Part shown: one piece after another, positions 58,616 through 64,000 of the stretch
Numbering within the stretch: position 1 is the first letter of the stretch
Layout: every line of letters begins with the position of its first letter
DNA from: an uncultured Candidatus Rokubacteria bacterium
GTDB lineage: Bacteria; Methylomirabilota; Methylomirabilia; Rokubacteriales; CSP1-6
Length of the DNA: 64,000 nt
Direction of reading: 5' to 3'
NCBI GenBank assembly: GCA_963789955.1
Contig: CAWBMV010000020.1
Coordinates: 86,111 to 150,110 of the forward strand
Notes under the pieces: generated by a model
Told to the model about the DNA's origin: nothing
Seen by the model: only the letters and a program-made list of their open reading frames with translations
The model's database searches: none
Made by a program: the position numbers and the translations under genes

Positions 58616-59314
58616 ATGCGTCGATTCCAGATTCTCATGCTGGCCGTGTCGCTTACTCTGATCGCTCCGGTGGGGCACGCACTGGCCGACGGCCCGGGCG
58701 CCGGCTATAGCGGAGTGAAGATCGCCCAGGTCAGCTTCATCGACCGCGCGCTCAGTTTGATCCAGCTGTCGGACGGGATGGAGCTCAAAGCCCCCGATCC
58801 GCAGATGCTCGCCGGTCTCAAGGTCGGCGAGTGGGTGAAGGTCGATTTCTCCTCGGACGGCGCGCGCAATGTGGTCAACAGCGTCCGGGCCACCCGGTCC
58901 AGACGAGGTTTCCATGCTCTCCCCCGCGATGAGCGGGGACGTCGCCAACCGCGGCTGAGTCACCAGCGCGTCTTCGGCGGCTCCGGACGGCCTCGGGCCG
59001 CTCCGGGGTCGCCGGGGTCGATCGACGACATGCTGATGCCGCCAACCGACGCCGGCCCGGGCCGTCGGCGTGCTGCTCGTGGACGACGACACCGAGCTCG
59101 GCGAGCTCGTTCGCGAATACCTCGCGCGCGAGGGCTTCTCGCTCGAGGCGGTCGAGAGCGACCGACGGACGCGAGGTCACGTGCCGCGAGCGTCGCGGAC
59201 CCACGACACATCACGGCGCTTCCGCGCGACGGCTCGAACGGCACACCGCATGCACAACGTCGACGCGCCTACCACATGAGGCGGACGTCGCTCCGGGGCC
59301 TGGAGTCGGGGTGA
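58616..59314 (+). CDS. exported small OB-fold protein (DUF1344-like); ORF tail after ~58900 probably spurious
   Basis: AGGAGG RBS, signal peptide ending ALA-D; ID....I.LSDG......L.GLKVGEWVKVDF...G....V pattern. Confidence 0.6.
   Translation: MRRFQILMLAVSLTLIAPVGHALADGPGAGYSGVKIAQVSFIDRALSLIQLSDGMELKAPDPQMLAGLKVGEWVKVDFSSDGARNVVNSVRATRSRRGFHALPRDERGRRQPRLSHQRVFGGSGRPRAAPGSPGSIDDMLMPPTDAGPGRRRAARGRRHRARRARSRIPRARGLLARGGRERPTDARSRAASVADPRHITALPRDGSNGTPHAQRRRAYHMRRTSLRGLESG
59028..59165 (+). pseudogene. truncated OmpR/CpxR-like response regulator remnant
   Basis: VLLVDDDTELGELVREYLAREGFSLEAV receiver start, with no phospho-Asp or DNA-binding domain in any frame after it. Confidence 0.6.
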
Positions 59315-59583
59315 TCTGATTGCCGACGGCATCTCGTCGAGCCCGGTGCGTCACTCGGCCGGCGGCGCGTGACGTCGGCGCCCGTCGCGAGATGGGCCGC
59401 CGGTGTCGCCGACTGGACGAGGCACATCCGTACCTTGCCCTCTCGAACCAGAATCGCCAGAAGCGAGGCGGCCGACGTCTCGGAGAATCCGAGACGCCGT
59501 CCGACCTCTGCGGGTGTGGCAAGCCCGATCTCTTCCACACAGCTCAGCAGCTCGTTCTCGAGCTCGGCCCACCAGTCAGTCAT
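59269..59583 (-). CDS. small winged-helix-like protein
   Basis: GGAGG RBS; TPAEVGRRLGFSETSAASLL..L.REGKVR HTH-wing pattern. Confidence 0.65.
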   Translation of the reverse strand: MTDWWAELENELLSCVEEIGLATPAEVGRRLGFSETSAASLLAILVREGKVRMCLVQSATPAAHLATGADVTRRRPSDAPGSTRCRRQSDHPDSRPRSDVRLMW

Positions 59584-59610
59584 ACGCGTGCCTCCCTCTC
59601 GTGTTGCCGA

Positions 59611-60450
59611 TCAGACGTGGTACGGATCAGCGCCGGCCAGCGACGTGAGCCCTACCGGCCACATCGGAGTCGGACGCTCGCGCGGGATGGGAACGCTGTA
59701 GGCGATCAGGAGCAGCCAGCGCGCCCAGGCCTGATTCCAGTCGTCGGTCGGCCGACGCATCGCTCGCTCGAGATCGCTGACGACGAGGCCGACCCACACG
59801 CTCCACACCGCGCGGTCGTCCGGCGGAATCATCTCGAGGAGCGTGCTGCCGAGGTGCTTGATCGTCTGGCGGATCTCGAACGGCGCCGTTCGGCCGTCGG
59901 CCGCCGGGATGAGGATGTGCTCGGCGATCCATCGATGTGTTTTCAGGACCAGCGCACGGCGCAGAAGCGGCTCGATGCCGAGCCAGGACGGCGCCATGGC
60001 GTCGTACCAGGCCTGGAGCGCGTGAAGCTCGGTCGAGGACGCGAAGGGCGGCGACACGTCGAGGGCCCGCGGTGGGGTCCGCCGGCGCGACTGCGTCTGG
60101 CTCGTGAGGTAGCGCTCGTCGGCCGCGTACCGCTCGGCGACGGCCGTGAGCTGGGCACGCCGTGCGGTATCGGCGTCGTACCGGCATGGCCACTCGTTCA
60201 TGACGGCGGCCGCCGTGCCGAGGGGCTGCCATTGCAGAATCATGAAGCCGCCGCCGAACCCGGCCGCTCGGAGCTTCGTGGTCGCCGCCCGAGCGGCGCT
60301 GCGCGTGGCGCGGCGCAGGCTGGAGAATTCCTCAGGCAGCGGCACCAGGGTCTGGCGGAGCAGCAGCGCGAAGCGGCCGTCGGGCGATTCGTAAATGGCG
60401 ACGAGGTCAGGGCATTCCTGGCACACGGCGGAGTAGCGGTCGACCCACAT
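59611..60450 (-). CDS. hypothetical protein with N-terminal CxxC
   Basis: AAGGA RBS; MWVDRYSAVCQECPD...; 279 aa, divergent from the response regulator. Confidence 0.55.
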   Translation of the reverse strand: MWVDRYSAVCQECPDLVAIYESPDGRFALLLRQTLVPLPEEFSSLRRATRSAARAATTKLRAAGFGGGFMILQWQPLGTAAAVMNEWPCRYDADTARRAQLTAVAERYAADERYLTSQTQSRRRTPPRALDVSPPFASSTELHALQAWYDAMAPSWLGIEPLLRRALVLKTHRWIAEHILIPAADGRTAPFEIRQTIKHLGSTLLEMIPPDDRAVWSVWVGLVVSDLERAMRRPTDDWNQAWARWLLLIAYSVPIPRERPTPMWPVGLTSLAGADPYHV

Positions 60451-60507
60451 GGTGTTCCTTTCCACGATCGGGGTTGGCTGCGTCTGCCCCGAAGATGAAC
60501 GCTCACC

Positions 60508-60544
60508 ATGACGAGCAAATGAGACGCACATGAGAAACGTCTCA
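60508..60544. promoter_or_regulatory. candidate OmpR/CusR-type binding array
   Basis: ATGA(C/G) at 60508, 60519 and 60530 (11-nt period); the last copy forms the palindrome TGAGA-AACG-TCTCA. Confidence 0.55.
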
Positions 60545-60618
60545 GGATCGGCGATTCGTCCAGATTCCGGGCGTCGGCAGACGGCGATCGGCGCGGTCCG
60601 TCGACCCGGAGGCGCGGC

Positions 60619-61296
60619 GTGAGAATCCTGGTCGTCGAAGACGATCGGAAAGTCGCAAGATTCGTGCGGCAGGGCCTCTGCGAGGAGGGTCACGCCGTCG
60701 AAATCGCCACCGACGGCGCCGAAGCGCTCGATTTCGTGCTCACCGAGCCGGCGTACGATTTGATCATTCTCGACGTCATGCTGCCGGGCCAGGACGGGTT
60801 CGGCGTGCTGAAGACCTTGCGGGCTCACAAGGTCGCGGTGCCGGTGCTCATCCTGACCGCGCGCGACAGCGTTCCCGACCGGGTGGCCGGTCTCGATCTC
60901 GGGGCCGACGACTATCTGACGAAGCCGTTCGCGTTCGAGGAATTCCTCGCCCGCGTGCGCGCCCTGCTGCGACGGCGCGACGTCGCGCGGGCGCCGATCC
61001 TGACCATCGACGATCTCGTCGTGGATCCGGCCACGCGACGGGTCACGCGCGGCGAGCGGCGCATCGAGCTCACCGCGCGGCAGTACGCGCTGCTCGAGTA
61101 CTTCCTGCGCAACACCGGCCGCGTCCTGAGCCGGCAGATGATCGCGCAGCACGTGTGGGGACTGGGGTTCGACGCCGAGAGCAACGTCATCGACGTGTAC
61201 GTCGGCTACCTCCGCCGCAAGATCGATCGCGACCGCGAGCGCCGCCTCCTGCACACCGTGCGCGGCGCCGGCTACGTGCTGCAGGTCGAAGAGTGA
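60619..61296 (+). CDS. heavy-metal-type OmpR family response regulator (CusR/CzcR-like)
   Basis: RILVVEDD, ILDVMLPG, LTARD, GADDYLTKPF, SNVIDVYVGYLRRKID, HTVRGAGY. Confidence 0.92.
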   Translation: MRILVVEDDRKVARFVRQGLCEEGHAVEIATDGAEALDFVLTEPAYDLIILDVMLPGQDGFGVLKTLRAHKVAVPVLILTARDSVPDRVAGLDLGADDYLTKPFAFEEFLARVRALLRRRDVARAPILTIDDLVVDPATRRVTRGERRIELTARQYALLEYFLRNTGRVLSRQMIAQHVWGLGFDAESNVIDVYVGYLRRKIDRDRERRLLHTVRGAGYVLQVEE

Positions 61297-62690
61297 GGTG
61301 GCTCGGCCGCGCCCTTTCGGTGCGGACGCGGTTGACCTTGTGGTACGGCGGCGTCCTGCTGGCGATCGTGCTCGTCATCAGCGCCGTCTCGTACTTCCTG
61401 CTCCGACGGACCTTGATCAGCGGCGCCGACGTCGAGCTCCTGATGGTCGGCCAAACCGTTCGCGATGCCGGGATCGGCGAAGCCCGACGGTCCGAGGCGG
61501 AGGTCCGCGAGATTCTCGGGACGCGGTTTCTCGACGTGTTCTATCGGGTCATCGGGCCGGACGGCCAGCCGCGAGCGGAGTCCGGCGCTCTGCGCGGCCG
61601 GCACCTGCGGCTCTCGGCCAAGGCGCGCAAGCGCGGACGCTCGGGCGATCCCACATTCGAGACGGTCGTCCTCTCGCACGGTGAGCGCGTACGCCTGCTG
61701 ACCATCCCGCTCACGCAGGCGCCGGCGCCCGAGCAATTCATCCAGGTCGGCGCCGCGTTCACCGACATCGATCGCGCGCTCGCCGGCTACATGGAGACTC
61801 TCGCCATCATGGTGCCGATGGGACTCGGGCTCGCGCTGGTCGGCGGCGCCTGGCTCGCGCACTCCGCGCTGCGTCCGGTGAGAACGATGTCGCGCGCGGC
61901 CCGGCGCATCAGCGCCCAGGACCTCACGCGTCGCCTGCCGCTGCGCGGGACGGACGACGAGCTCGATCACCTGGCCGAGACGCTCAACGCGATGTTCGGA
62001 CGCCTCGAGACGGCCTTCACCCACGTCCGGCGGTTCGCCGTCGACGCCGCGCACGAGCTGCGGACGCCGCTGACGGTGCTCAAGGGCGGGATCGAAGTGG
62101 CGCTCCGGGCCGACCGCACCCCGCCGGAGTACCGCGAGGTGCTCCGCTCGAGCCTCGAGGAGGTCGAGCAGCTGATCGCGCTCGCCGAGAATCTCTTGCT
62201 GCTGTCGCGCCTCCGCATGGAGATGGTCCTTCCTCGACACACGATCGAGCTCGAGACGTTGCTCATGGACGTGGTCGACACGGGGGCGCGGCTGGCGAAC
62301 GGGCGCGGCGTGATCGTCCGCCTCGGTCCCGTCGAGCCGCTCGTCGTCAACGGGGATCATTTGACGCTCCGGCGCGCCATCGTCAACCTGGTCGAGAACG
62401 CGATCAAGTACACGCAGGCGGGAGGCACGGTCGAGCTCTCGCTCGAGCGCGACGGTGAGCACGCGGTGGTGGCGGTGACCGACACCGGCGTCGGCATGAA
62501 CCCGGCGGACGCGGAGCGCATCTTCGAGCCGTTCGTCCGGCTCGACGCGGCGCGGACCGGCGAGGCCGGCGGCGCGGGGCTCGGCCTGTCGATCGTTCAC
62601 TCGATCGTCGTCGCGCACGACGGACAGCTCTCGGTGCAAACGGCGCCCGGAGTCGGCAGCACGTTCGCCATGCGGCTGCCGCTCGGCTGA
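61293..62690 (+). CDS. heavy-metal-type sensor histidine kinase (CusS/CzcS-like)
   Basis: RTRLTLWY TM1, TM2, HAMP, DAAHELRTPL, NLVENAIKY, DTGVG, FEPFVR, GAGLGLSI. Confidence 0.92.
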   Translation: MRWLGRALSVRTRLTLWYGGVLLAIVLVISAVSYFLLRRTLISGADVELLMVGQTVRDAGIGEARRSEAEVREILGTRFLDVFYRVIGPDGQPRAESGALRGRHLRLSAKARKRGRSGDPTFETVVLSHGERVRLLTIPLTQAPAPEQFIQVGAAFTDIDRALAGYMETLAIMVPMGLGLALVGGAWLAHSALRPVRTMSRAARRISAQDLTRRLPLRGTDDELDHLAETLNAMFGRLETAFTHVRRFAVDAAHELRTPLTVLKGGIEVALRADRTPPEYREVLRSSLEEVEQLIALAENLLLLSRLRMEMVLPRHTIELETLLMDVVDTGARLANGRGVIVRLGPVEPLVVNGDHLTLRRAIVNLVENAIKYTQAGGTVELSLERDGEHAVVAVTDTGVGMNPADAERIFEPFVRLDAARTGEAGGAGLGLSIVHSIVVAHDGQLSVQTAPGVGSTFAMRLPLG

Positions 62691-62777
62691 CGGCCGGGGT
62701 CGCCGCGATGTCCATTGCGGCCAGCCCTCCGCCCTGATTTCTTGGTCTCACTGCGAAGCCGACAGAAACTAGGTGGC

Positions 62778-63407
62778 GTGTTCACCACGGACCGTCGGTT
62801 CGATCGGGTGTGCCGTCTGCTCGGTCTCGCCGGAGTCGTGGCCTTCCTCGTCACCGCGTTCACTCCGGTCGCTCATCGCCTGAACCTATGGATGGCCGTC
62901 CCGCCCGACCTCGTTCACTCGGACGCCATCGTCGTGCTCGGCGGATCGGTGTCGCCGTCCGGCATGCTGGGTCTCGAATCCCAGCGCCGGACCAATCGCG
63001 GCATCGAGCTGTACCAGCGCGGCCTCGCCCCGGTCCTGGTCCTTCTGGGTGGAGGCACCGGAGGTGGGCCGACCGAAGCCGACGTGCGCGCGGAGCAGGC
63101 GCGCCTGCACGGCATTCCCAGCACCGCGATCCTGACGGAAGCCCGGGCGAACACGACGCGAGAAGAAGCCGTTCGGGTGAAGGCGCTCCTTCAGTCGCGC
63201 GGCGCCCGCAGCGTGTTGCTGGTCACCAACGCCGGGCACCTCGCGCGCGCGTGCGCCTTGTTCGAGCGCGCCGGGTTCGAGGTGCACGCGGCGCCCTCGG
63301 ACACGTTCGTCGAAGCCGACGCTCCCGAGTCACGGCTGGCGCTGATGCGTGTCCTGATCACGGAGTCGCTCGGGTGGCTCTACTACCGGATCGCTGGCTA
63401 CATCTAG
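62778..63407 (+). CDS. YdcF/ElyC (DUF218) family protein
   Basis: DAIVVLGG, R...G..LY, TEA, E....TREEA, LLVTNAGHLARA. Confidence 0.88.
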   Translation: MFTTDRRFDRVCRLLGLAGVVAFLVTAFTPVAHRLNLWMAVPPDLVHSDAIVVLGGSVSPSGMLGLESQRRTNRGIELYQRGLAPVLVLLGGGTGGGPTEADVRAEQARLHGIPSTAILTEARANTTREEAVRVKALLQSRGARSVLLVTNAGHLARACALFERAGFEVHAAPSDTFVEADAPESRLALMRVLITESLGWLYYRIAGYI

Positions 63408-63421
63408 CACTGGAGGACATC

Positions 63422-63751
63422 ATGGAGGCGACCTTCATCGCGGCGCTGGCGGGGCTGACGTCCATCGGCGCCTACTATTTCGGCGCGAAGACGCTCCGGC
63501 TCTCCACCGCCAGCCTCGGAGCCGCCATCGGTAAGATGCTCGAATCTGTGGGGCTGATCCTGGTCTTTTTCGCCGTGAATCTCGGGGCGGCGGTCGCGGT
63601 CGTGCTGGTGGTGCGCGGCCTGACCGGAACGTTCGTGTCGGCGTACGTCACCGACGACGCGGTCTGGCTCGGTCTCTCGCTGATTCAGGGGCTCGCCTTC
63701 CAGTGGTGGCGAGGTGTGTCGGCCGAGGCGGCTTCGGCGAATCCGAGCTAG
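63422..63751 (+). CDS. small integral membrane protein
   Basis: GGAGG RBS; 109 aa with about three hydrophobic helices. Confidence 0.7.
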   Translation: MEATFIAALAGLTSIGAYYFGAKTLRLSTASLGAAIGKMLESVGLILVFFAVNLGAAVAVVLVVRGLTGTFVSAYVTDDAVWLGLSLIQGLAFQWWRGVSAEAASANPS

Positions 63752-63757
63752 AGGCCG

Positions 63758-64000
63758 CTACGCGGAACGGGCCAGCGCCGTGCGGACCGCGTCGACGACC
63801 TGCCGAAGATCGTACGGCTTTCCGATGATCTCGAGCGCCTCGGTCTCGCCGACCAGCTGCTCGAGCGCGGGCTTGTTGGTCGTGGTCAGCACGAACTGGT
63901 GCTTCTTCAGGGATTCCGAGCTGCGCACGAGCCGGAGGAATCGCCCGTTCGCGTCGTACGGCGGCGAGATGTCGTAGAGGATCACCGCCGGCGTGTGATG
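63758..64000 (-). CDS. response regulator receiver domain protein (5' end outside window)
   Basis: PAVILYDISPP, VLTT, IIGKPYDL receiver motifs. Confidence 0.75.
   Translation of the reverse strand, partial: HHTPAVILYDISPPYDANGRFLRLVRSSESLKKHQFVLTTTNKPALEQLVGETEALEIIGKPYDLRQVVDAVRTALARSA

Noticed and set aside
1..64000. CRISPR arrays, tRNA/rRNA genes, IS elements, integrases, prophage genes
   Set aside because: No regularly spaced repeats, cloverleaf or rRNA signatures, or transposase/integrase/phage motifs were seen by eye; covariance-model searches were not possible.

Overview
High-GC bacterial chromosomal window; gene content and small-protein families suggest a Rokubacteria/Methylomirabilota-like genome (inference). 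About 15 genes, including essential murF, are broken by 1-nt indels, most simply explained as long-read consensus errors. From left to right: (1) a minus-strand dcw cluster (mraZ-rsmH-ftsL-ftsI-murE-murF-mraY-murD-ftsW-murC-murB) with its promoter and MraZ boxes but no murG; (2) a peptide-type ABC uptake/amidase operon, an adenine-deaminase-like hydrolase, arfB and a fused indolepyruvate ferredoxin oxidoreductase; (3) at 28.1-34.1 kb, an apparently uncharacterised RiPP cluster: a 53-aa precursor with a YxxPxL leader, PqqD/RRE, radical SAM-SPASM enzyme, an HprK-like kinase plus a degenerate paralog, nucleotidyltransferase, S26 peptidase and a pseudo-S26-methyltransferase fusion, with no lasso cyclase; (4) GGT, a pentaheme cytochrome, an M1 aminopeptidase, crcB, a trypsin-TM-rhodanese-cNMP protein, dut and pruA; (5) a CHASE2 adenylate cyclase-PilZ / FecR-domain exoprotein / TPR-beta-barrel module; (6) tupA, a RAPP arrest-peptide uORF whose post-stall codons base-pair with the next gene's Shine-Dalgarno, and a CusRS-like two-component system. 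Three dispersed paralogs of an Arg-repeat microprotein and many apparently leaderless genes were also noted. No rRNA, tRNA, CRISPR array or IS element was recognised.
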